From IMG/VR virus record IMGVR_UViG_3300017785_009800, positions 1-27,895 of that record: DNA of 27,895 nucleotides. The stretch is one strand, 5' to 3'. The notes beneath the pieces are model-generated. The model did no database searches, was not told where the DNA came from, and saw only the letters and a program-made list of their open reading frames with translations. Each line of letters begins with the position of its first letter. Position 1 is the stretch's first letter. A program made the position numbers and the translations under genes. This DNA comes from a virus. Its lineage: Duplodnaviria > Caudoviricetes. Below, piece after piece: positions 8,741 to 17,112 of this stretch.

Positions 8741-9898
8741 TTAAGCAAGCTTTATTACAAAAGGTCTAAAGTGGTTTATAACTCTACGAAAATGTCTATA
8801 AGTCGAATCAAGTTCTGCATACCTTTTGTTATTTTTATCAGTCTTAATATATTCCGGTTTATCTTCCAAATAATTTAACATAGATTTTCTATCATATTCT
8901 ACCGCCCATCCTGTATCTGTATCTACATGAATCATACGGTGATTTACTTTATCTTTTATTTCATCCGGATACACTCTAAAAATTCTTTTTGACATATTAC
9001 CTTTTACATCTGCAGTATAACTATTATACCACGAATCTTTCTTAAATTCAAAATCAATACCTTGTAATTGCTTATCACGCTTATCATGAAACCAGGTTAC
9101 TTTGTTATATGTTCTTTTAAGATAAGAGTAAACTATTTCCTCTGCTTTAACTCCTTTACGAACGTTCGGTTTATCTCCAAAAGCTTCTATGGTAGTCTTA
9201 GTCCATTTATTCGTAACTCTATCACTCACTATCTTCTTATTGTAAGTGACCTTTTCTTCTTCTGCAACAACTTTCTTTATATCATATTGTTCTCGGAGCT
9301 TTTTAAACCCCTCAATCCAATTCTCTCTTTTATCTTGAAAGACTTGACATTCACCTGTTTCACAACTAATAAGAACAGTAATATCTGAAATAGCGATTCC
9401 AGTGCGCTCTTCAAACATATAACTATATGCGCTGGCCTGCATGAAGTAATCCCAGATATATTCACGCTTCTTTAACTTAGAACTCGTCTTAAAATCAATA
9501 ATAGATAACATATCGTCAAACCTCCCAACACAATCTACTTGACCTGCAACTCTCAGCTTATCTGAATACAGGTGTTGCTCCATGCATCTTATGTCACTAA
9601 TACGGGTTAAAAAAGGTTTAAACTGATCAAACATACCGCCTATAGTATCAAGCGGAACTTTATTATCTAAGAACTCCTCACAAAGAGAATGAAAAGTAGT
9701 TCCTCTTTTAGCGGCAAAATTCTTAATTCTATCAGCTTCTTCTTCTCCAACACGTTCGCGCCATCTCTTAAGACCTTTCTTCTTCTCTTCAGAAAGAACT
9801 GTTGTGACTGAAGGGTATTTCTGCCCCTCAGGTGTTAGGTAGTACCTTGTCCCTGTTTCCAAAGTTACCTTCTGTAACTCCGGTAATTTGATTCTCAT
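8741..9898 (-). CDS. PD-(D/E)XK exonuclease (T4-like phage, Cas4/RecB-like) with extra C-terminal domain
   Basis: RYY.TPEG.KYPSVTTVL, RGT.FH..CE, E..LYS, AGQVDCV, IIDFKTS, Q..AY; about 170 further aa; promoter TTGACT-N17-TATACT at 9906-9934. Confidence 0.85.
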   Translation of the reverse strand: MRIKLPELQKVTLETGTRYYLTPEGQKYPSVTTVLSEEKKKGLKRWRERVGEEEADRIKNFAAKRGTTFHSLCEEFLDNKVPLDTIGGMFDQFKPFLTRISDIRCMEQHLYSDKLRVAGQVDCVGRFDDMLSIIDFKTSSKLKKREYIWDYFMQASAYSYMFEERTGIAISDITVLISCETGECQVFQDKRENWIEGFKKLREQYDIKKVVAEEEKVTYNKKIVSDRVTNKWTKTTIEAFGDKPNVRKGVKAEEIVYSYLKRTYNKVTWFHDKRDKQLQGIDFEFKKDSWYNSYTADVKGNMSKRIFRVYPDEIKDKVNHRMIHVDTDTGWAVEYDRKSMLNYLEDKPEYIKTDKNNKRYAELDSTYRHFRRVINHFRPFVIKLA

Positions 9899-9953
9899 TA
9901 CCTACAGTATAGTCGACATTTGAAATATAGTCAAGCTTTTTATGTAAAATACT

Positions 9954-10499
9954 TTACTGCTTCATAATGTAACACAAAGAGTAATAAGGAGGCATGTTAG
10001 CATTGGTACCTGACTGGCCAGCTGCAGCTATAGATATCCCAGTAGAGCTGCTTCTTCCATACCATTCTGATCGATCTTTAGAATTCTGAGAAAACCATTG
10101 GTATAGATTAACCACTGGATCTCCAGATCTATATCCACCAGTCCAGAAATTAGTTCCATGACTATGACCCGGGTCAGTCACTGCATGGGTATGACTCACC
10201 ACCACAGCATCCTTGCTTCCTCCTGTTGTTCCTACTGCTGGTGCAGATGTGCCTGCACCTACAACAAACCTATCCACCAGATTGGGTGTACCATTGGCGC
10301 CATTGCACAACAACCAACCGGAGGGTATAGCGTTTGCAGCACCAGACCATAATATGATACCGCCAGAAGGTATGCTCGAAGCAAGAGAAACGACTTGTGT
10401 AACTGATGCACTGTAAGTTGTACCGTTTTCAGAATAAGGAACTAATGCAGCTCCTGCGGGCTGTCTTTGCGTTAATCCAGATATAGATACGTCTGCCAT
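9954..10499 (-). CDS. short tail fibre / tail-collar domain protein (MADV family, copy 1)
   Basis: IPSGGIILWSG..IPSGWLLCNGANGTPNL.DRFVVGAG collar domain; HTH/HSH metal motifs; N.PPYY.L.YI end. Confidence 0.85.
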   Translation of the reverse strand: MADVSISGLTQRQPAGAALVPYSENGTTYSASVTQVVSLASSIPSGGIILWSGAANAIPSGWLLCNGANGTPNLVDRFVVGAGTSAPAVGTTGGSKDAVVVSHTHAVTDPGHSHGTNFWTGGYRSGDPVVNLYQWFSQNSKDRSEWYGRSSSTGISIAAAGQSGTNANMPPYYSLCYIMKQ

Positions 10500-10504
10500 A
10501 TTAA

Positions 10505-10512
10505 TATTTATA
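10505..10512 (-). promoter_or_regulatory. T4-type late promoter TATAAATA
   Basis: Exact TATAAATA 5 nt before ATG(10499); TAAATA-N5-ATG recurs 14 times in the window. Confidence 0.75.
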
Positions 10513-10545
10513 AAAAAAGAGCGTATATATTGCTATATACGCTCT
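10512..10545 (-). terminator. intrinsic terminator
   Basis: AGAGCGTATATA-GCAA-TATATACGCTCT followed by a U-tract. Confidence 0.85.
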
Positions 10546-10912
10546 AATCTCGCGTCACGGTTTACGCAAAAGAAACTAGCAATCTGCCAAGTCAACTACA
10601 TCGTATTCGAATTTAAATGGCTATAACTATCTAGCCTAGTTAAATGTAATCAGCCTACGTACTGTGCTATGTTGTTACATCATAGCGAAGCCTTAAGACT
10701 TGTAATACTAGTCAGGGATGTTTACACTGTATGATTTTCGATTTAGCAGGCTTACTTCTTATTAATTTCACTTAATAGTTGCTACTATCATACTCCCATT
10801 CATTTACAAGTATATCTACTTGTATTCGCCTGTGGGTCTCGGCGTTGGACTATTCAAGATTTACCTTCGAGGTCCCAACCTCTACTTCTTACAGATTTGC
10901 TATCAAAGAACT
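10546..10912 (-). ncRNA. candidate large structured ncRNA (~370 nt), family unknown
   Basis: No credible ORF; own promoter and terminator; 5'/3' closing stem and many internal helices. Confidence 0.65.
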
Positions 10913-10919
10913 AATAATA

Positions 10920-10947
10920 ATTATATGTACTTTTCTAAAGGAAGCAA
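10920..10947 (-). promoter_or_regulatory. sigma70-type promoter of the ncRNA candidate
   Basis: TTGCTT-N16-TATAAT, followed not by ATG but by boxA-like GTTCTTTGA. Confidence 0.7.
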
Positions 10948-10956
10948 CTAGCTTTT

Positions 10957-11031
10957 TTAAATTTTTATAAAATTAGCTATAAACCCAATAGAACAAACAC
11001 CTAACAAACCTAACGCTGTTACTAATATCAT
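10957..11031 (-). CDS. possible 24-aa membrane peptide
   Basis: Own translation MILVTALGLLGVCSIGFIANFIKI. Confidence 0.35.
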   Translation of the reverse strand: MILVTALGLLGVCSIGFIANFIKI

Positions 11032-11041
11032 GTAGTAGTTA

Positions 11042-11551
11042 TTACAGCTTGATTATATATGCAAGAGCATAATAAGGAGGTAGATTAGCATTGGAACCAG
11101 ATTGGCCAGTAGATGCTATAGTAATACCGGTAGTCCTGGCGTCTGTGAATATCATTGTAGGATTATCAAACTGCTGTTGTCCAAAGGATCTAAAGCTTCC
11201 TCCTACACCATCTGCTGCTATATTTGTTGCATGCGAATGGCCGGGGTCAGATACAGTATGTGTATGGTTTACCACAACGGCGTCAGCTGAACCCCCTGTG
11301 TTTGTAGGGTTATATGCACTGCCAGCTCCTATAATAAATCTATCTTGTAAATTGGGAGTACCATTAGCTCCATTACAAAGAGCCCATCCTGTTGGTATAG
11401 AGGCTATGGATCCCGACCACATCATAATTACTCCTGTTGGAATAATTTGATTTAATGTTGCGTTATAAGTAACGCCTCCTTCAGAATAAGGAAATACAGC
11501 AGAATTACTAGGCTGTCTATTAGTTAATGCAGATATGGTTACGTCGGCCAT
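11042..11551 (-). CDS. short tail fibre / tail-collar domain protein (MADV family, copy 2)
   Basis: Collar domain IPTGVIMMWSG...GWALCNG; HTH/HSH; NLPPYYALAYI. Confidence 0.85.
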   Translation of the reverse strand: MADVTISALTNRQPSNSAVFPYSEGGVTYNATLNQIIPTGVIMMWSGSIASIPTGWALCNGANGTPNLQDRFIIGAGSAYNPTNTGGSADAVVVNHTHTVSDPGHSHATNIAADGVGGSFRSFGQQQFDNPTMIFTDARTTGITIASTGQSGSNANLPPYYALAYIIKL

Positions 11552-11552
11552 A

Positions 11553-12116
11553 TTATGAAACCCTCATTATATATGCAAGGGCGTAGTAGGGAGGTAAGTT
11601 CTGATTGGTACCAGCTACACCTTGAGAATTGATAGTAATACCTGTAATTTTTGATGTAGTAGAAGCAGCTCTGTTGCTTCCTCCTCTTCCGGCCCCTAGG
11701 TCATCATTAGCCCCATTCCATGTACCGTTAGCTAAAACAGGAGCTACATCATGAGTATGTCCATTGTCTGTTATACCGTGACTATGACTCACCACCACAG
11801 CATCCTTAGAGCCTCCAGTTAGCGTGTTAGCACCAGTGATGTTGGTATTAGCTATACCGGAGTTATCTATGGCTGCTCCGACAATAAATTTATTTCTCAA
11901 ATCCGGCGTTCCGTTAGTTCCATTACAAAATGCCCAATTAGACGGTATTGAAGCTACAGACCCCGACCACATAATGATAGAACCTATAGGAACTATTAGA
12001 TCAGCAATTTGCGTTATTGTAAGCTTAGTAGTTGTTGAACTATTAGAATAAGGTACAACACCAGAGCGAGCAGGAGAAGTAGTAGAGTTTAGTCCAGATA
12101 TGGTTACGTCGGCCAT
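11553..12116 (-). CDS. short tail fibre / tail-collar domain protein (MADV family, copy 3)
   Basis: Collar domain VPIGSIIMWSG...WAFCNG; HSH/HTH; NLPPYYALAYI; TAAATA-N6-ATG. Confidence 0.85.
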   Translation of the reverse strand: MADVTISGLNSTTSPARSGVVPYSNSSTTTKLTITQIADLIVPIGSIIMWSGSVASIPSNWAFCNGTNGTPDLRNKFIVGAAIDNSGIANTNITGANTLTGGSKDAVVVSHSHGITDNGHTHDVAPVLANGTWNGANDDLGAGRGGSNRAASTTSKITGITINSQGVAGTNQNLPPYYALAYIMRVS

Positions 12117-12137
12117 ATCTAATATTTAATAGAAAAC

Positions 12138-12353
12138 TTATTTCTTTTTCTTCTTAGTCTTCTTTTTCTTTTTCTTCTTAGGAGCTTCTTCTTCCTCATT
12201 GAGATAGTCAAAGTTAGGAAGATCCTTCTTAAGAACATCATACTTAACATATTCTACTAGTGAAAGGGCTTTATCCTTAACTGTAAAAGTTAAGTCTTCA
12301 ACCTTCCATTTAACTGTTTCTACTGCATCTAATATTTTGTCGAATAAGCTCAT
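12138..12353 (-). CDS. hypothetical protein with poly-Lys C-terminus
   Basis: 71 aa ending EEEEAPKKKKKKKTKKKKK; TAAATA-N5-ATG. Confidence 0.75.
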   Translation of the reverse strand: MSLFDKILDAVETVKWKVEDLTFTVKDKALSLVEYVKYDVLKKDLPNFDYLNEEEEAPKKKKKKKTKKKKK

Positions 12354-12441
12354 AATAATATTTATTGTATATCGTTTAAAAATAAACAGAAAATCTATTA
12401 TTTTGACAATATTAATTTAATTAGCATCCTTAAATATCTTT

Positions 12442-12726
12442 ATGCTAAATGCTATAAAAGGTCATTTTAACAAGACTTACAACATAATATTTTGGATATT
12501 ATTTGCCCCAGCAGTATTAACTACACTATCAGGCATATATGAATTATATACAAAGTATTATGATGAGCTAACCAAACAAGATCATATGCAATTTTTCTTA
12601 AGATTCTTTTTTCCTATTTCTCTTGCGCTATATATTACAGTACTAGAGCGAAGACAGAGATTGCAAAGAGATGATCTTATTAAAAGAGGAAAAGATTATT
12701 TAAGACGAAAGCGATCGGCTAAATAG
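12442..12726 (+). CDS. two-TM membrane protein with basic tail (holin-like topology, unproven)
   Basis: Two hydrophobic helices, Arg/Lys-rich C-terminus, late-type motif. Confidence 0.65.
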   Translation: MLNAIKGHFNKTYNIIFWILFAPAVLTTLSGIYELYTKYYDELTKQDHMQFFLRFFFPISLALYITVLERRQRLQRDDLIKRGKDYLRRKRSAK

Positions 12727-12777
12727 AGCACATATAACACTACAGCAACACAAACTAAAATTGAAGATATACTCATT

Positions 12778-13047
12778 TTAATACATTTTATCGCAAAATT
12801 TAAAACATTCATCCTTGGCTTCATCTAGTGTACTATATTTACCTACTATTGCACCTGAACATGTTGCGGTGAATGTTCCTTTTATATGCTCGGTAATAAC
12901 GATATAATAGCATTTATAATCTTTGTATACCCATTGATTTTTGAGAGGATTCTCCCGCCATGTAGTTTCATCGAGCATTCTCTGACGCTTACGCATTGTA
13001 TAGTATTTAGGCTTAACCGGCTGCAGCTGATATTCGATAACGCTCAT
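12778..13047 (-). CDS. hypothetical protein
   Basis: Start MSVIEYQ overlaps the upstream stop. Confidence 0.65.
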   Translation of the reverse strand: MSVIEYQLQPVKPKYYTMRKRQRMLDETTWRENPLKNQWVYKDYKCYYIVITEHIKGTFTATCSGAIVGKYSTLDEAKDECFKFCDKMY

Positions 13048-13295
13048 TTTGAAAAAGCTTTGTTCCACATTACTTCAAAATTAACACCCACGAAACGAAA
13101 ACCGAACTCCCAAAACGTTTTGTGAAATGTTCCGTAAAATTTCGGAAATAGATGAAATCTAAAAGAGTTTAAAATATAAAATCCTAGACCATTATCGAGA
13201 ATAATTTTAAAGAACGGTCTACTAATAAAGACTCTAGGATCGTTAGCCCAATTGTTATATGCATCACTTTTATCTGGACCGAATTTAATTATCAT
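13044..13295 (-). CDS. hypothetical protein
   Basis: 83-aa ORF, coupled. Confidence 0.65.
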   Translation of the reverse strand: MIIKFGPDKSDAYNNWANDPRVFISRPFFKIILDNGLGFYILNSFRFHLFPKFYGTFHKTFWEFGFRFVGVNFEVMWNKAFSK

Positions 13296-13522
13296 AATCT
13301 GTCATACCATTCTTTTTCAAATACTATGGAATGCGTTACCTCAGCAGTTAGAAGATGTCTGGTTACAAATCCGACTTTCTTTGCAGTACTATGTGATAGT
13401 ACTGTATCGTTATCTTTCTCTGCAATTTGTGGTTCATCAAATTTCATACCCTTTAAGGTATCACCATAATGGCTCGAGAGAGCAACAGTATGACAGGCTA
13501 ACATTCTTTCTTTGCGTGTCAT
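13292..13522 (-). CDS. hypothetical protein
   Basis: 76-aa ORF, coupled. Confidence 0.65.
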   Translation of the reverse strand: MTRKERMLACHTVALSSHYGDTLKGMKFDEPQIAEKDNDTVLSHSTAKKVGFVTRHLLTAEVTHSIVFEKEWYDRL

Positions 13523-13755
13523 TAAGAGTTACAATTAGGGTTGCTGTTTATAATGTCTGGATCTTCTGGAATAGACTCTGAATTACCTCGAGTAGTATGA
13601 TTAGTGCAACCGCACTTATGCTCGCTATTGCCACACGTTTTAGTATCATTATATGTTTCATAAAACATTTCATCTAAAATATCATAACACTCATCAATAT
13701 TTACATCATGCTTTCGTAATATACTATATAATTCTATTTTAAATTGATCGCTCAT
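13522..13755 (-). CDS. hypothetical protein
   Basis: 77-aa ORF; TATATT-N6-ATG. Confidence 0.65.
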   Translation of the reverse strand: MSDQFKIELYSILRKHDVNIDECYDILDEMFYETYNDTKTCGNSEHKCGCTNHTTRGNSESIPEDPDIINSNPNCNS

Positions 13756-13786
13756 AGTATTAATATAGCTTCTTTTTTAAAGTAAA

Positions 13787-14347
13787 TCAATCCCAAAGGT
13801 TTCTATAATATATGCTAAATAACTTTAAGCCTCTTTTTTGTCTTTTTTCGCCGATTGCAAATCCCTGTTCATCTCTGGTATCTTGATACACGTCAAGATC
13901 TATCTGCCATTGAAATGCAAATATTATATCGTCAAGAACAGCTCTCCATTCATCTTCGGTGAAGGCATTTGGACCTTCATAACCCGGTTCATTTGATCCT
14001 GCATATACCTCTTCTACAGTTAATTGTTCTATGTTACCAAATCTGTCTTCTCTATGCCATTTAATACTAGTACCATGAAATTTATCTCTCATTGCTTTAA
14101 GAACTGGTACTGCTTTTCTGGCAATATACCAAGCCACATTCCATTTATCTAAATCATCATACCCTCTAAACAACCGCTGTAATGCATATTTGCAATTGTA
14201 GTAAAGACCTGAAGTTAGTTTGTAGTAATATTTCCAGAAAAATAGATAGGCAGCTTCTATATATTTATTTTTAGAAAATACAGGCTCACTATACCACTTG
14301 CCCATTATTCTTTTAATCTGAAGTTCTACTTCTTTTTCACTTTTCAT
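13787..14347 (-). CDS. hypothetical phage protein
   Basis: 186 aa; EW..VLDDIIFAF...GLKLF..YY.NLWD pattern that I recall from T4-like phage hypotheticals. Confidence 0.8.
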   Translation of the reverse strand: MKSEKEVELQIKRIMGKWYSEPVFSKNKYIEAAYLFFWKYYYKLTSGLYYNCKYALQRLFRGYDDLDKWNVAWYIARKAVPVLKAMRDKFHGTSIKWHREDRFGNIEQLTVEEVYAGSNEPGYEGPNAFTEDEWRAVLDDIIFAFQWQIDLDVYQDTRDEQGFAIGEKRQKRGLKLFSIYYRNLWD

Positions 14348-14540
14348 TTTTGGTCGGATATATTTTATTAAGAAGGAAGTACACTATTTTATATATTAGA
14401 TACACAGAGCCTGTAATAGCACCGTAAATACCAAGCATCTTTAGGTAGAGCATTGCATCTCCACAAATGCATAAGAAGCTCATTACAGCGATACCAAGCG
14501 TTGTATACATTGCAATTTCTTGTTTTTTGAATTGATTCAT
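14337..14540 (-). CDS. small membrane protein
   Basis: Two hydrophobic segments. Confidence 0.65.
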   Translation of the reverse strand: MNQFKKQEIAMYTTLGIAVMSFLCICGDAMLYLKMLGIYGAITGSVYLIYKIVYFLLNKIYPTKNEK

Positions 14541-14699
14541 TTATTTCTCCTTTGTTAGTATGAAAGACCCATTCTTTTGAGGCTTCCATTTGATGTTGTC
14601 TCCTTCAACCCAACCTACTTGGTTGAGCAATTCTTGAGGTAAAAGTACATAATATTCGTCAGAGAGCTCATTGTGCTCTACTTTTAGAGTGTATGTCAT
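14541..14699 (-). CDS. AbrB/MazE/SpoVT-like DNA-binding protein
   Basis: YVLLPQELLNQVGWVEGDNIKW; start MTYTLKV with TATAAT-N6-ATG. Confidence 0.75.
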   Translation of the reverse strand: MTYTLKVEHNELSDEYYVLLPQELLNQVGWVEGDNIKWKPQKNGSFILTKEK

Positions 14700-14706
14700 A
14701 CTCTTA

Positions 14707-15387
14707 TTATACACCCGTCCAACGATAGCTCCAGCGCACAATAGAGTTGCAAGCAGCTTGAATCGTTAAGCGAGAAAAGAATATAAAAGGGTTATAAGTT
14801 TCTTTTAAAATAGGATAGTACCATTTTGTTTTTAATTCTCTATGCTTAGCCATTACTCTATCCGTTTGCAGAACAAATTCTTTGTCATCTTGTTTACGCT
14901 TTTGTGCATCTTTTTCGGACTCTAAAGAAAATTCTAAGAGTTTAGTCGATTTGACCTTTCCATCTATTGCCTTAATCTCATAATCTAAAAACAACCTCCT
15001 ACTACCAATCTCTTCTACTGCTAACATGGTAAAGGTATTTGTAAGCTTTGTCTTTACAAATATTGGCTTTGTTTCGTTGATTAACTTAACTTTATCTTCT
15101 TTATGTTCTTTGTACTTGACCTTAAAGTATGCTCTTTCTAGCCAAGATCTATTATCTTTCCAGCTTAAGAAGGGTACGTCATAAGGTATTTTTTTTCCTG
15201 TGGGTTTTCTTTCTTCTCTAAAAATATCTCCCTTTGCATTTATCTTATAAGTCCCTAAAACGTTTTCTAAATCTTTAGTCTGAAATTCAGTAGGAAACTC
15301 TGAATTATTAGCCTTCATCAGACTGGTAACTTCTTTTGGAGCTTTAAGCTTTAACCCCTCTACTATAACTGTGTCAAACATTCCCAT
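14707..15387 (-). CDS. hypothetical phage protein (MGMFD...FQTKDL type)
   Basis: 226-aa ORF. Confidence 0.8.
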   Translation of the reverse strand: MGMFDTVIVEGLKLKAPKEVTSLMKANNSEFPTEFQTKDLENVLGTYKINAKGDIFREERKPTGKKIPYDVPFLSWKDNRSWLERAYFKVKYKEHKEDKVKLINETKPIFVKTKLTNTFTMLAVEEIGSRRLFLDYEIKAIDGKVKSTKLLEFSLESEKDAQKRKQDDKEFVLQTDRVMAKHRELKTKWYYPILKETYNPFIFFSRLTIQAACNSIVRWSYRWTGV

Positions 15388-15395
15388 ATGCTTAT

Positions 15396-15596
15396 TTAAT
15401 ATGTAGCTCCAAAAATTTCAACTGTCCTGTTATGGTACTTACTTCCATCAGGAGAGTCGAGCATATTATTATTAGTATTAGGGCCCCAGTTGATTGAGTC
15501 TTCACTCAGGCGTTGACGATAATAATCTTTTGGTGATTTATATTGCGAAGAAGCACATCCTGTCAAAAGCAAACTTAAGCAAACTAAATAACGCAT
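15396..15596 (-). CDS. putative lipoprotein
   Basis: MRYLVCLSLLLTGC lipobox; TTGCCA-N16-TATATT-N6-ATG. Confidence 0.7.
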   Translation of the reverse strand: MRYLVCLSLLLTGCASSQYKSPKDYYRQRLSEDSINWGPNTNNNMLDSPDGSKYHNRTVEIFGATY

Positions 15597-15635
15597 TATT
15601 TGAATATAAAGGAAATGAGAATTATGGCAACTACT

Positions 15636-16199
15636 TTATGTACCGAGGCGTATCATACTTAATGTAGGTGTTTTAAAAGTATTAGTACTATAAAAACTTT
15701 CACAAAGGCCTCGTAATCTTATATAATCTGTGGCTACAAGAGGTACAATTGCAGATATAGTCATTGGAACATCAACGCCATTTAAACCAATAGAAGTGTC
15801 ATTACGAGCTATGGGGACGCTAACACTTGTATTTTTTACTAACATAATACTGTTTCTATAATATGCACTAGTAGTTGAAGTAGTCAGATAGCCAGTTATT
15901 AAATACATACCCCCTAAACCCGCGGGAACAGTAAGGCGAGAATTGCTAACAGCACTATTATAGAACCCACTGGAATCAAAAATAGGAGTTGTTTGAAAAT
16001 CGCAATCTGTAATTACATTTGCAGTAATATTGGTGTTTGATACTCTATAAACACTTGCACCAATATAATTTACCGGCTGGCAAGCAGCTGTTATGCTAGA
16101 AACAAGAGTTTTGTTTGTAACAGAACTTGTCGTATAAGGTATAAAATTAGATCCGTTTGGTACACCTGTTGTTAGATCAGATATTAATACATCGGCCAT
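15636..16199 (-). CDS. fibre/adhesin with C1q/TNF-like beta head (MADV family, copy 4)
   Basis: MADVLISDL; FD..GFYN...SRLTVP..GGMYLITG...L.ATDYIRL pattern; TAAATA-N5-ATG. Confidence 0.7.
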   Translation of the reverse strand: MADVLISDLTTGVPNGSNFIPYTTSSVTNKTLVSSITAACQPVNYIGASVYRVSNTNITANVITDCDFQTTPIFDSSGFYNSAVSNSRLTVPAGLGGMYLITGYLTTSTTSAYYRNSIMLVKNTSVSVPIARNDTSIGLNGVDVPMTISAIVPLVATDYIRLRGLCESFYSTNTFKTPTLSMIRLGT

Positions 16200-16246
16200 T
16201 AAAATATTTAATAGATATACGTTGGAAAAAGTGTCTTTTTAGCTTT

Positions 16247-16864
16247 TTATAAAGATCGTTCAGGGAGCTCATTTATTTTATCTGCTAGTTGACGATGAAA
16301 CTCATAAGCTTTATTAACCTCTTCAATAAAGCTATCTACATTTGTTTCATCTAAACCGTCTTCAATCATTCTACGAATTAACTTTATTTCATTTCTAAGA
16401 TCATTAAAATCATATTTACTATTAAAGCGTATATTGCGTTTAATAATTTGACCGCCATACATATCGGCAAGCCATCGTATATATAATTCTGCTTTTTGTA
16501 AGAACTTATCTTTAAAAAGAAAGTAATTTAACCACTCTTTATTAAAAATATATTCTGGTCTATCGATATTAATACCTAAGAAACGTATATATTCGTTCAA
16601 ATCGTTATTTATTTTTCGTGATTGTAACAGATCTTTATCTACAGGGGTACTGTAAAATAAAAACATTTCGACAGCTTTATAGATAGGAAGCAAATTGTTA
16701 AGATATATAGCATATTTAAAATCTGAAAGAGAGCCATCTATCATACTTTTAATAAATGGATGTTTCTCAATAGCGTCGTGTTTTTCTTTTGTAGCTTTCT
16801 TAATTTGTTTGGAGAACTTATTTGGCCTGTAGGCCGTAATAACGGTTAGCAGATGTAGAAACAT
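16247..16864 (-). CDS. heme oxygenase (HO-1 type, biliverdin-producing)
   Basis: IKKATKEKHDAIEKHPF (proximal His), YIRWLADMYGGQII (distal helix), FIEEVNKAYEF. Confidence 0.85.
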   Translation of the reverse strand: MFLHLLTVITAYRPNKFSKQIKKATKEKHDAIEKHPFIKSMIDGSLSDFKYAIYLNNLLPIYKAVEMFLFYSTPVDKDLLQSRKINNDLNEYIRFLGINIDRPEYIFNKEWLNYFLFKDKFLQKAELYIRWLADMYGGQIIKRNIRFNSKYDFNDLRNEIKLIRRMIEDGLDETNVDSFIEEVNKAYEFHRQLADKINELPERSL

Positions 16865-16875
16865 ACTATAATTTA

Positions 16876-17112
16876 TTAAACTACATTAATAAAACTATCT
16901 GTTGCACGAGCAAAATGTTGATAATCATCATAAAAGTAACCAACGGTATCTCCAAATTTACTAGTGCCTTTATGACGAGCGAGAATTTTCCACTGCTCAG
17001 TAAACTTTGGACCATGAAAATCTAATATATCTTTTTCCGTAACATAATGTGTAGATGTCTCAACACCGAAAGATGTTTTATAGTCAATTTTTCGTCTTTT
17101 ACAGAACTTCAT
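16876..17112 (-). CDS. hypothetical protein
   Basis: Start MKFCKRR overlaps the upstream stop. Confidence 0.65.
   Translation of the reverse strand: MKFCKRRKIDYKTSFGVETSTHYVTEKDILDFHGPKFTEQWKILARHKGTSKFGDTVGYFYDDYQHFARATDSFINVV

Noticed and set aside
8741-9898. CRISPR-Cas (Cas4-like nuclease)
   Set aside because: No repeat-spacer array or other cas genes; this is the common stand-alone phage exonuclease.
10546-10912. tmRNA, RNase P RNA or self-splicing intron
   Set aside because: No tRNA-like acceptor ends or tag ORF, no GAGGAAAGUCC motif, and it does not interrupt a gene.
10779-10970. 63-aa plus-strand ORF in the ncRNA region
   Set aside because: TTG start, no promoter motif, and opposite to the promoter/terminator orientation.
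14541-14699. MazEF-like toxin-antitoxin pair
   Set aside because: The AbrB-like gene is followed by a small membrane protein, not a recognisable toxin.
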